Shown: positions 19,846 through 31,900 of the stretch, in pieces
Numbering within the stretch: position 1 is the stretch's first letter
Layout of the letters: each line of letters starts with the position of its first letter
DNA from: Bugula neritina
Taxonomy: Eukaryota > Animalia > Bryozoa
Assembly (NCBI GenBank): GCA_964035545.1
Contig: OZ037767.1
Span: forward strand, 6,712,707-6,776,706
DNA length: 64,000 bases
Direction: 5' to 3'
The notes under the pieces: generated by a model
Told to the model about the DNA's origin: nothing
The model's database searches: none
Seen by the model: the letters and a program-made list of their open reading frames with translations, nothing else
Position numbers and translations under genes: made by a program

Positions 19846-22800
19846 CTAATATTGCTGAAGGATTCTGGGAATTGGATCTGATAAATGAACTTGAGCCATG
19901 AGCTTGCTGTTTACAGTGTACTCCTCGCCTTTGCTAGTAGACTGAGATTCATACAAGGTTGGGGGCGGTTTCTTGTGAGCCAAGTTATTAAAGTTTTTCA
20001 CTCGACAAATCAGTAACGTAATTGTCATTCCAAAGACAAAAGCGACCACTGTCATTATAGCAGCTGTGATAATATTTACGCCTTTAGAAGGTTTAGAATA
20101 CAAGTTTTCTTTTTCCTATAACCAAATATCATAAACAGATCATAATTAAACAACTTTTACAGAATAGTTCATTATGAACTTTGTAAAGTAATGTCTTAAT
20201 TCACAAAAATTTAAATTTTACAATGAAAAATTAGAAAATCTGGAGAACTATTTACAAACATCAACATTCCATTAATACAGCAATGCTGTATTAATACTTA
20301 TTTTCAAGCTAGTAAGTTTACAGTCAAAAGATTTGAAACAGATTGTTGCCGGTGGCAAGGGTTATTTGTCATTAGCTATGATCAGGAGCTTAAAGATTAC
20401 AAACTAGAACCACTTGCATTTATAGAAAGTGATGTTGCTATTGGCTACTGAAGAATTTATACCCTAGCACCCTAGTATTTCCTACTTGATAGACACACAC
20501 AGAACCCTGCCCTTTCTGTGGTCATTGGTCACTGGCACTCAGGCTAGTTCCATTGTTTTATACTATTAGGAACCTTCCCTGTATAACTCACTCAATAAAA
20601 TTCATCAGAAAATGTATTTTAGTACTCAAATTATAACCAAGATCTAACATTGAATTTGAACTTCATTGCACAAAAAGTATGCTGCTATAAATCTTAGGAT
20701 ACTGTCTAGTGTCCAGAAATAACCCATAAACTTAGAAGGGAACGTTTAGTGTTTATCAGTCGACCTATGAACTTAGCAAAAAGGAAATGGAATATTATCA
20801 ACACAGATGCTGAGCTACAAAAAAACTTGGAAAAGACAACTCCTTAAATCATAATAAAGACTGATAGCTATCTTTATTTCCTGAAACAAAACTTAAGCTG
20901 TTTTAATTTCATTTGCTTTTAAATAAAAATTATTTTATGCAGGTTTTCCCACTAAATAATTTAACAATGATGTCTACATACCTGACAGTTACATGGGTGC
21001 TGCCTAACCAATACAGGGCATTTAGGGGATGAGCTTTTCAATCCACCAGCATTGTCATCCTATACATAACATAGAGAATATCATATATTCAAACCATTTC
21101 TCAAATATGATATAAAATGATTACTAGCACATTTCAAAGCCATTAACCGAAAAATTGTCAGAATTGCGTGCAACCAGTGAATTCTAAGAATTTTCTTGGG
21201 AAGATAACTCCTAAGTTGTCATATGCAAAAATAAAAATAGAGAGTTTGTTTACAACTTAATCAATGTAATTGATAAATTACCAGCATCGCATTTTTTTAT
21301 GATGATGCAAGTATGATATTATACGCATATAATTTCATGACAAACACAAAGTATTCATGTGCCAAAACTAAACTATTATTTTCTAATTTCACCATCCCCA
21401 GAATTTGGTATTGGACAATTGGCAAAATATCTTTCAACTCTACACAAGTTTAGGGCTGATCTCTTATGACTTGCTGAACTGGCAAAGGACAGTTAGAATG
21501 ATCGTTCAATAACCACTATAAAAACTAGGTTATTAAACTACGAACTAGGTGTAAAAACATGGGCATTAGATTCATGCCGAAATAATTATTAAAACAGCAA
21601 GTCATGCCCATATAGACTTTGTAAACAGGTGCATAAAAGGTTCACAGTTCATAAGAGAAAATAATCAGGTCATAGCCAGCCAATCCGCAAGAAACAACTG
21701 AAATGGAGTTTTAATCACAGCCAAAACTTGGCAGAGAGATATTTTCCTAGAAGAAAACCATAACAACGTTTGTCAAAATCTACTGAGGTTACTGGCACCA
21801 AAAACATGAAGAGCTCAATGGAAAGTCAGTAGTTGAAAATGAAGAAGATATCAAATGGATGTTATATAGTGTATATCTGTTAGACAGGATGTTAAACATA
21901 CAGTTGATAAAACTATTGACACTGTCTGGGGAGATATCTACAAATAATGAGAGCATTGATAAGGACTACTGCAGTCACAATGGAATGCTTGGTTAGTAGA
22001 GACAACAACTACCATAGATGGGTGCTGAGAAGCTGTATTATAACATATTACAATATTGCATACCCTTACACAATCTACAAAAGTGCTTTAGCTACTAATA
22101 TGAATATATTCAGAAAGTATTTGGCAAGAAAAGGATTTGATGGTGTCTAATTTTTGGAAGAGATTTATAATAGGGCCTGAGTTTAACGAAGTAAGTTGTA
22201 CACTTTGAATAGCCTGTTACCAACTTACCACATTAGCTGTGAGCTCTGGATAAAGCTCTGGAGTGGTGGGGTGGATAAAAGAAGGTGCCCCTGTAGTAGA
22301 TGTATGAGGTAGGACTGCGTACTTATATTGACAGGAGAACTGTATCATTATCAAATTCAATTGGTTATCTGCCCCACTGTCATCTCCAGACCCCTCTATT
22401 TCCTCCCCTGCAAGTACAGATCTGGCTCTAAATCTTGAGATACTAGAGTAAATAAGTGACATTTAGGAGCAGTAGCAGAGGAATTGAGATAGCCTAAATT
22501 AATTTACTTTTTTACTAAATTTTGGTTTGGGGCGCGAGAACATAACTTCTTATGCTCCATAAGTCTACAACACAGGCTTTTCTCAATTTCTCCATTTACT
22601 GCACCTACTTCATAAGTTTTCAATGACAGGTAAACTAAGTATTTTATACTATTACATTATAACATTATCATATAATGTCATATTATATATTATATTATAT
22701 TATTATACTATAGTATTGTATTATATATATTCACAAGCTTACCGTCTTCATCATCATAAAATCCTCCTTTTTCATAAGAGGTTTTGGGAGGCAAGAACCT

Positions 22801-25127
22801 TACAGAGTTGTCTATGGTGTGGAGACTGTTTACAGAGTCCCTAGTGTGTCTAGAACCACAGGTGTCACTCCTGAACACCACTTGTCCAACGTAATGCGTT
22901 TTATTGGAGACGAAGACACATTGACTGTCTTCCAAAGATAGCTGGTTGGGCAATATTCCAAGTTCCATCATTTCTTTTTGGCTAGAAAAATATTGTGGTT
23001 AAATTGTATTTTGTTTTCATAAACTGAATATAGTTGAAGAATGAACAAAAACAAACCAATTAATTACCTTTTACTTTCAAAATTATGCTATTATTAGCAA
23101 AACATATAGCTATAGATTTAGTGACTAACAGCTACATAAATAGTCTTCCCAAGTAAAAATTAATTATCAAAAAATGCTTTTCAATAGACAGAGGGGGAGC
23201 TGCTCTAAATACTCAAAGAACCAAGAATGGTTTTGACTTACAAGTGAGTATTTTAAACATTTAAATTTACAAATTCACAATTTAATTTTAAAAATCACAT
23301 TTTTTGTGCTTAAGGAAGTCAACCATTGATGTGCATTTTCAAGCATAAGTTTTACTATACTTGAGGATAGGTTCAGGTTATTAGAAACCCGCCTTTACTT
23401 TCAGACGCAGGCTGAGCTACACACCCAAATGTAATGAAGATTCCGTCATTCTGGCAAGAGGTGCGCATCAGATCTCTCAGCTTACCAGAAGTAGAGACTA
23501 CATTGTCAGAATTGAATGCCTCAGGTTTTAGAAAAAACTCTTTAGTGCTGGGCTTAGCAAGGGCACCTAAAATGAAAATTTGATTAAACCTGATTAATCA
23601 TCGGCAAGTAAGAAGATAATTCAATCTTAGAAGTGACTGCGTCATAGTGCCAGTGAACTGTGTAATCATATTACAAGACGTATTTTAGAATATTTCTTTG
23701 ATAAAGTTTTAAAACAGCCAATCAAGTCGGATAACTGAATGAACTGCTAATTCACTGAGTTTCTACGCTTCCAATCACTTTCTGACTCAAATATCTTGTT
23801 GTGTTTGATGCTTCGGACAAACTAACTATTTGGAATTAAAAAATATGAAGAGGTATAAGTAGCCTGATCTCCCTTTGATATATTTCTGTCACTGTTTCAA
23901 CATGTTCAGAAACTTAATAAAAAGAAAATAAGTTGTAAAAAATAACCGCCAATCTTTCAATGCTGTCTATATAAAAATCCCAGCAAACAGTGGTACACAA
24001 TATGTAGATTATTGCTTCAAAAATTCAAGTAAAAGTTCAACAATTGTAGGTGATTGCAGGTTAATATCCACCAGACTCTTTGACTAGAAAGTTCCAGAAA
24101 AAGTTGCTGCTAGTTTCTATCTTGGGGCTGCAAAATTTAAGTATGGGGAAACATATTAATCAGAGTGATACTTTGAAAAGTGCATATCTTTTGTGAGTGC
24201 TAGTAGATTGGCTATTGTGTGATAATGTATATGCATTAAAAAGATATGCATATACCACAAAGCGAGGGCCAGAGGACCAAACTTCATAGTGTAACACATG
24301 CTTGGGTTGTATAATAGAGGCTTTTGTCACAGTCAAAATAGTAACTATTTACTTTTTAATTCAAGCTGAAACAAGACACTGGTAAAACAAAGTGCTTTAT
24401 AAATAACATATCGATCCTTTCTAGGTCTAGCCGCACAGTAAACACTAGCAGTGCTTGACATATTTAAATGGCATTATGAAGCTAGTTCTGGGCCCCAGTT
24501 GCAGTGCATGGCAAGCCATAGATGATACATCAGTCTATATTTAATGACGCAATGCAACTAAACCACATGATGGAGCTGCACCAGTGGCTATAAACTTTGG
24601 CAAATGTCATCATTTCGGTGAAAAATTGCTCCCACCAATAGAATGGTCATTAAACTACCTCGGAAATTAAAAAAGCAAACAAATGGCAATTATTTTATGG
24701 GTTGGTAATGCTAGGTGACACTTGCACCAAATACAAGTTGACATGTCTGTGGTTCATTTAGATGGCCTGTCCTAGCCAAACAGTCATCATATTCCGCACC
24801 TAACTGGGCTACAATTATAGCAGTGTATACTAGATGGAAAAGTTACCCACTTTTATGCTGTTATAACTTGTTATATTACATTCTTTAACTTTTCTTATAT
24901 AAAATTTTTATTTCTTATACCCTTGTTTGTGTGAAAGTGATGGCATTTTCTAGGCAACAGTTATTTTTCTCTATATTACTTACAAAAATTATTCCGCTAC
25001 TAGCAAAATACAACTAATACAGAATGGCATGATGAAGTGGAACTGGCAGATTATACATACAGGTACACTCACCGACCGAGATGAGAACAAAAGTGACTAG
25101 ACTGTGTATTGGAATACTGACGGCCAT
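19846..25127 (-). CDS. Type I membrane protein with a lone ZP-N domain, TGF-beta receptor type III (betaglycan)-like, about 320 aa
   Basis: Exons 25073-25127, 23425-23566, 22743-22981, 22229-22407, 20982-21059 and 19846-20115 total 963 nt in frame. Signal peptide MAVSIPIHSLVTFVLISVGALA; four ZP-N cysteines (TSCQ, SQCV, DTCG, FSCQ); acidic Ser-Gly loop EEIEGSGDDSGAD; TM GVNIITAAIMTVVAFVFGMTITLLIC. Confidence 0.78.
22466..22605. mobile_element. Small MITE, family GGAGCAGTA...TACTGCACC (copy 1)
   Basis: TIR GGAGCAGTAGCAGAGGAATTGAGATAGCC / GGCTTTTCTCAATTTCTCCATTTACTGCACC with TA flanks. Homologous to 33885-34012 and 43264-43421. Confidence 0.8.
23700..24790 (+). pseudogene. Heavily decayed Ty3/Gypsy RT-RNase H relic in intron 1 of the ZP-N gene
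   Basis: Degenerate motifs in the correct order: PPIFQC (about 23946, cf. PATFQR), QYVDY (about 23998, cf. YLDD), RSFLGLAA (24412), FKW, and DGLS (about 24762, cf. ADALSR). Many stops and frameshifts. Confidence 0.55.
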
Positions 25128-27539
25128 ATTACCTCATACGAAGGAAAGGAGTTGTGTAATCAACTTTGACTCAGTATCTGCAAATAGCAACAGCATGTTA
25201 TTCTATACAGGAGCTGTGTGTATTGAGCCAGTCTGATTATCGTAGCTAAAGTTACCTCCCTCCTACAAGAATCTCAATTCTTTATTCATGGACATAATAT
25301 TGAGAAAGATATGGATGGTTATATGCATTTTCATATGTCAAAAAGTTTACTTCAAATAATGATATGTTTATTAACTGCAGACCCATTAATTTGTGAATCT
25401 AAAAAACTAATTGATTTCATAAAAACAGACATTAGAAAGTAAAAACAATTAGTGGTTGTAGACCAGATGAATCTAACTTAGTCCAAGTACAATATGCTAG
25501 CCCTAAACAAACTTGAATTATAAAAAGTATTATGGGTTTGGTTAACCAGAAAACTTTAAAGCACTGTTTTAAAACAGTGTTCAACTTGAGACTGATGGTT
25601 TTACTTTATGTTTAACAATAGCTTTAGCAATATTGACGATGCTTTATTTTGTTTGCATTATGAGCCAAAATTGCACATTAATTTTGTGTATCTAGTCAAA
25701 AATAGAAAATACTGTTGAGGACTGAAAGTCTGCAGTCACGAGTAAACTTTGGCAAGCGCAACATCAGCATAAAATAACAAATCTCAGTTTTTAAAAATGG
25801 AAATTTGGAAGCATGCCATAGCATTAGTAAGGTCCAGACACTATAACAGCGCCTGAATGCAACTGGCTGATACCGGTTATCAAAAAGTGGTGAAAATGAG
25901 AAGTTTGCGTCAGCTACAAACTTAAACCATAAAAAATAAAATCAATTCACTAAAACGTCACGGTAGTAAAATATACTCGAGTGATAGTCATATTTAAGCT
26001 GACAATTTATTCAACATTTAAATATTTTGATCATTCGTTTTTCCCACAGCTAGATGTGTCTTATGCCAACATTGGAAAATGGATTTGATAAGCCTGTTGT
26101 TTTCTGTGTCTAGGCAGCTCTATAGTGCTTACCAGATAGAGAATAGTTAAAACTATAGTGAGCATTACTATAAATTACTAGTTGAATATAAATATCAATT
26201 TATTGTCTGTACTAATCTACATACACAGGCCACAAGATGTGCATGTTAAAAGTAGAGCAATATTGTGACTATAATGATAATCAAGTTTAATAAACAGTAG
26301 AAAACTTCGCTATCACCAATTTAGAAGAACATCAATCATTACTATGCCTACTGAGAAAAATACACTTTATACACTTAGAAGGTATTTTATGCATGCAATC
26401 AAATTGCAAATTCAAAATAACAAAGGCTTTACCATACCATATGACTTTATTTAAATTAGAGCTAGGAAAATACTGTGTCAACTATATCTAAAAGAGTCTG
26501 TCAAACACTGCTAGCCACTACCAACATTAAAAAATTGCCCAAAGTTAGATGTAATAGATTTTATTTTTAGATTAATGCAGATGTACATTCACATTGTATG
26601 AGCTCAAACAAGCATGATTACTACATGGTAATTAGGGGGAATTGGTACGAGTATAAAAATGTTGATGTTAAGCTATCATTTCGCATTGTTAATAGTGATG
26701 ACAATGCCACACCATAAACAACACCAAAACTGCTTTACTGAGGTAATATACTTCACTTAGAGTTAGATAAAAATTAGATTGATTTCTTTTTTAAAATTTT
26801 AATGAGATCAGCATCAATAGCTAGCAGACAACAAGCATTTTATGATAACTTTCACATTTGTAACCAATGCCTATTAAAAAGTATAAGTAAAAGCCAACAT
26901 TGAATTATTGTTTTACTCTAATTTTACTTTAACCTACAGGCTAAAGGTTTACAGCATATAAGTATATTTATACTAATCAAAATGAGCACTGGTGCAATGA
27001 GTGATGCAATGACATTGATAAGCACAGCAAGTTTAAGTTATAGCTTACAACAATAAAAATTAATACATGAGTAAACAACATTGATGTAAAACTAAATACC
27101 ACTGCTAAGCCTAATAGTTATAGTTATACTTATAGTAGTAGCCATGTGGCTATGCACATACCATTATGATAATGATTATTAATATTATCACTATTATTAT
27201 TAATATTATTATGAGGGGAGATACCCATTTAATTATTACCCTAAGAGTAAGTGTAGCCATGAGTATAAGTATGGTGTATAATTAATCTTATAGTTACAAT
27301 ACTATAGATATATATTTAATTTCATTGAATTTAATATTCATGTTCATATTGTAATTGTTATTGTAAGCTAAAACTAAAAGTATAGCATTGACTATCACTA
27401 TAGTATAAGTATAAGTATAACTATAAGTATAACTATAACTATAAGTATAAGTATTACTATTAGTATAAGTATAAGAATATCAATAAGTATAAGTGGACAA
27501 CTTAAACTACTAAACAAGAATGATCTATAAATAGGCTTT

Positions 27540-27980
27540 TAACACAGTCCGAATAAGTGAAACAGCAAAGTAGAATAGAAATTAGCTACTTTGGTGGATA
27601 TTTTAGTAAGTCAGTAGGATTGGCACCACGAGTCAATAAGCGATAGTGTTTTCCAAAGCAAGTAGTTATCAAGCAGTAGCGGTTGCTGTGCATTCAATAT
27701 TTCTACCACGTGCACCAGTTTCACTTTCGGTAAATAAACAGCGTTGCCTGTTGGTAGTCTAGGTTTTTGCAAAATAACATTTATCTTTGTTGGAGCAATT
27801 TATTAGCGTCCCAGCTATTTAAAAATTAATTGGCAGAATAAACTTGAGCATTGCAAACTCATTTACCTCTGCGTTAAATAAATTGTTTAGTAGATGATCT
27901 ATCATTTATTAAAGAAAAACACGTCAAGTAGCAAAGTTTTAGTGTAAATAACAGCAGGTAAAAAGCACGTCAAATATGCC
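27540..27980. promoter_or_regulatory. Putative promoter of RALBP1, possibly shared (bidirectional) with the ZP-N gene
   Basis: Local CpG enrichment in a CpG-poor background, an E-box CACGTG near 27707, and a plus-strand donor CAG|GTAAAA at 27957/27958 upstream of the RALBP1 ATG exon. It lies between divergent genes. Confidence 0.45.
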
Positions 27981-28911
27981 TCAATAGATATTGAATGGTT
28001 ATTATCTATGTTGCAGACTAATCAATTAGGTTATAAAATTTATTAGCAATGTTTATAACAGAGGTAGTTAATGTTATGGTTTAAATATATTTTGTCTATA
28101 ATTATTAATTTTCACTTTTACTTTCGAAGTTCATGCATCCGTAAGCAAAAGTGCAAACTAAAGTTTCGTTTATAATTTCAAAATGATAATATTAGTAATC
28201 CTATGAGTTGCGTTAAAGCTAATATTAAGTTGAATTAATATTTTATTTTTAATTTATATTATAATTATTATTATAAATTAAATAAAACTAAAAGTATTGA
28301 GAATGAATATATTGAATTTAATATTTATTAATATGATTATGTGATAATAATAATATAAATATATATAATTAATTTTATATTGTCTATATACGTAATTGTC
28401 TGTTATAAATTTCTAGCAGCAGCTGTACTCTTTTGTAGTACTACTGCTAGTAACTACTACTAGTATCAGTATCACTGTATCAGTACTACTAGTACTAGTA
28501 CTGCTACTGGTCAAAATCTACGTCTTCATCTTGATCTTCAAGTTCATCTTGTTTTTTACTTTTACATTTAGTTTTTAGTTTGTATTCAACTTTTAATAAT
28601 GATTTAAAACCATAATTTTTCATAACTATTAATAATCATAAGGTACTTATGATAATAATATCACTTGCTGTTGTCAGTAAAAACTTTTATTGCAACTAAT
28701 GTTATAAGTCTAACTGTATAACAAAATATTCGTTATGATAATGATAAACTACAACATAAAAACAATGCTGATGGTGTACATTAAATTAAAGTTTGTGCAG
28801 CAAATTAAAAATTTTAGTTTACATAGTTTGAAACTTGAATATATCATTGCTATTTATTGTAGACCTGGTGATATCATAAATGTCATTTGATAACTGCAGC
28901 TACTTGGAAAA

Positions 28912-31900
28912 ATGAGTGACAGTGAGAAGAATTTTTCAGGTTGGCTCTAATTATACTGTATTTGTACTGGTATAGAATACTTGTAATACTCATTACACTG
29001 TCCACATCTTATATGGCTTTTCTCAAGTGTTAGTAATAGAGTATTATATCAAGTGTCTTTGTAACTAAGCATAAGGAACCCATGACTAAATTGCTAAGTA
29101 AGTTTATATTGTGTAAAGGTAATTTATGATTGTAGACCCTTTTCACATGTCTCTATTACTCCATTTTAATTAAAACCTTTTTTAACCATAGGAAATTATC
29201 TTGCAACGTAGCTTTATCAGAGGTTTATTTATCAAAGAATCACGGAGTTTGGAGTAAATTCCAAGCTTTGCTATATAATCCTTTTTTCAGGCAATAAATC
29301 TTCGAGTAGAAACACATTGGTATTCGATCAGTTTTGGTAAAAATATTTATTAATAAGTTTGGGGGAAAATAAGTTTGAAATCATTTTTTGTAGTTATTTG
29401 TTTATTGGATAAGGTTGCTGTAAGAATGCGGGAATGTACACTATATTATTGAACATCCCGCCATGGCGGAAACAACGTTCAATTGAAAATTGAGTAAAAT
29501 TACATGTAAAGGGGGGTGTGATAATGTGATAATAAGCATTTTTTTACTATTTTCTTCGGCAACAATTATTGTCGGTGAATTCTAGGTTACTAACCCAGTG
29601 AATCCTCACCAGCCAGCCTATATATAGTTGTGGTTTTTACTTTAATATTATCATATTTCGTCTTTTTGCGATTGATACTAATATTTTACCATGCTGATCA
29701 AGATTTTTAATAGCCGACTATCATTTTATTGTCAGCTTTATTTAGTTTCGATTTAATAACTAGGCTCCGCCGACGAGTCATCGAAGCCGCCATTGTTGGT
29801 AAAGAAGAAGAAGAAGTCGGAGAAGCCCGGCTACAAAATGTTTGATGCTGAGGACTCGGATGATGCACCAGTCATGTTTGACGACTCTGTGAGGTTAGTC
29901 ACTGGTAATATTTTGATGATTCTAAGTTTAGTAACGGTTTTCACAAATCAACTTTGAATGTTGGTTATTAGAGTTATGTGGTTTTGGTTTAAATAATGTT
30001 TAAATATAGCCTCTTTCCACCGGCTTTGATTTTTGAAACAGTCAAGTTATTTATTTGAACGAAATATTTAACTTTGTGTTTACTATGTTTGTTACCGACC
30101 AAAATATCCTTTTTAAGATTGTATTTTGATTGGCCCCGTGTTGTTATCTAAAGCTTTACAAAAGTTGTTTTACCTGTTCAAGTATGAGTAATAATTAGAA
30201 TTATCAGATACTGGTGTGCTGGAATCTTTAGAAAAGATAGATCTAAAGCTAACTATTTTCTAAACAATGCAGTGGTTTTTGTTCAACGGTCCTGGTATAT
30301 TTTACAGACCTTCATCCACAAAGCTTAAGAAACATGGCAGACCCAGCTTCAAGTTTTCTGGAAAAATAAAGCTCAAGGAAAAGGTTGGAATGTGCTATTC
30401 TTCATATTCTGTATCCATGTGTATGATGTACTAAACTAAGTCTAGCAATTATTTCAATAAATAATTAATTAGAAAAGGCTTGTGAGCGCTGAGTTTTTGA
30501 ACTTTTGAAAATAACTTATTGCAAAAAAGTTAGAGATAATACCCTTATACATATTGAAAGGAAAAAGAAGATAGAAAAGACATTGGTGATAAACGCGATG
30601 AGAAAGAATTCAAAAAGATTACTATTCGAAAGTTCAAGGACAAAGATAAAGATTCTAAAGAGCATAAAATACGAAAAAAGAAAGACAAGGTGTTGAGTAC
30701 AAAGGTATATTTGATTTATTTATGTATGTATATATGTTAATAGTGAGATGTATATGCTAATAGTATAGCATATGTTAATGGTAGACATGTGGTATATATG
30801 CTAATAGTGAGATATACATGCTAATGTTAGGGGACAGGTGTGCTAATAGCTGAGTATTGACTAAAGTGAGGTAGTATTTGATAAGCTAACTTTTCTTCCT
30901 GTACACTGTTAGGTGTTGAGCTGTTTGTTCTACTATAGTTTATAGTACAAGTTGACATGTTTCGTGCTGTTGGAATATTTTTTATTCCGTAATTCTGTGT
31001 TAGTAGATTTCATAGCCAATTTATAGCTCTTTTGTGCTAAATCATCTTCATTAAAAGGGCATTTCAAAAGTTTTTTGTTGAAATTTAGAAAGGTGACTGT
31101 ATTAATTGCAGGAAAAGCATGTTCTGTTTAAAGCTATTAAGCCAGATCTTTTAGCCTGTGGGCAAACTAACAAATTATCTTTAAGTTCAGGTTGTTGTGA
31201 CAGGATCTTGGACTATTCTGTATCGTTATTACTGGTGAACTGAATTGTTTGGTAGTTAGTAGTGTGGAGCGCTTTTAACAGCCAACTTTTATAATCATTT
31301 CTTCAAACTATAAAAATTCAACGTGTTTTTCTTCTAAAATTTGTTAAATTAAATACATGCCTATTCTAGTTTATTTTACAACTAGATTAGGGATGTTCCA
31401 TGTACACTTGCTTGTAACATATGCTATTGTTTTAGACTCAAATACCATCTATTGTTGCGGCCGAGATACCTGTGTTTGGAGTTGCCCTCTCACTAGCTGT
31501 TGAGAGAACACCCAGTCATGATGGAATAATGCTACCTGTGATTGTCAGAGAATGTATAGATTACATCGAGGAACACGGTAGAGAGCAGACGATTTCTAGA
31601 TGGTCACTCTCTTGTCAATAATTTTATTATAGTTGTTTACAACAACGATTTCTTCTATTCTTTTATTCATTTGAACTAAAAAGCTGTAATTATATATTGG
31701 GAATTAAAGTATTTTGTTTTTTTATTCAAATTTTCTATATTTAGCAAATTTTTATATGCTTACAGGGTTACTGTATGAAGGTATTTACCGTATTTCTGGT
31801 GTTAAGTCTAAAGTGCAAATGTTGAAAGATGCCTACAACAGACAGCAACCTGCTTATCTGTTTGAGCATGACCCTAGCATTGTTGCTAGCTTACTCAAGC

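Noticed and set aside
21400-22150. Possible missing ZP-C exons or a nested gene
   Set aside because: I found no minus-strand exon with ZP-C cysteine spacing; the purine-biased plus strand looks like an unidentifiable decayed repeat.
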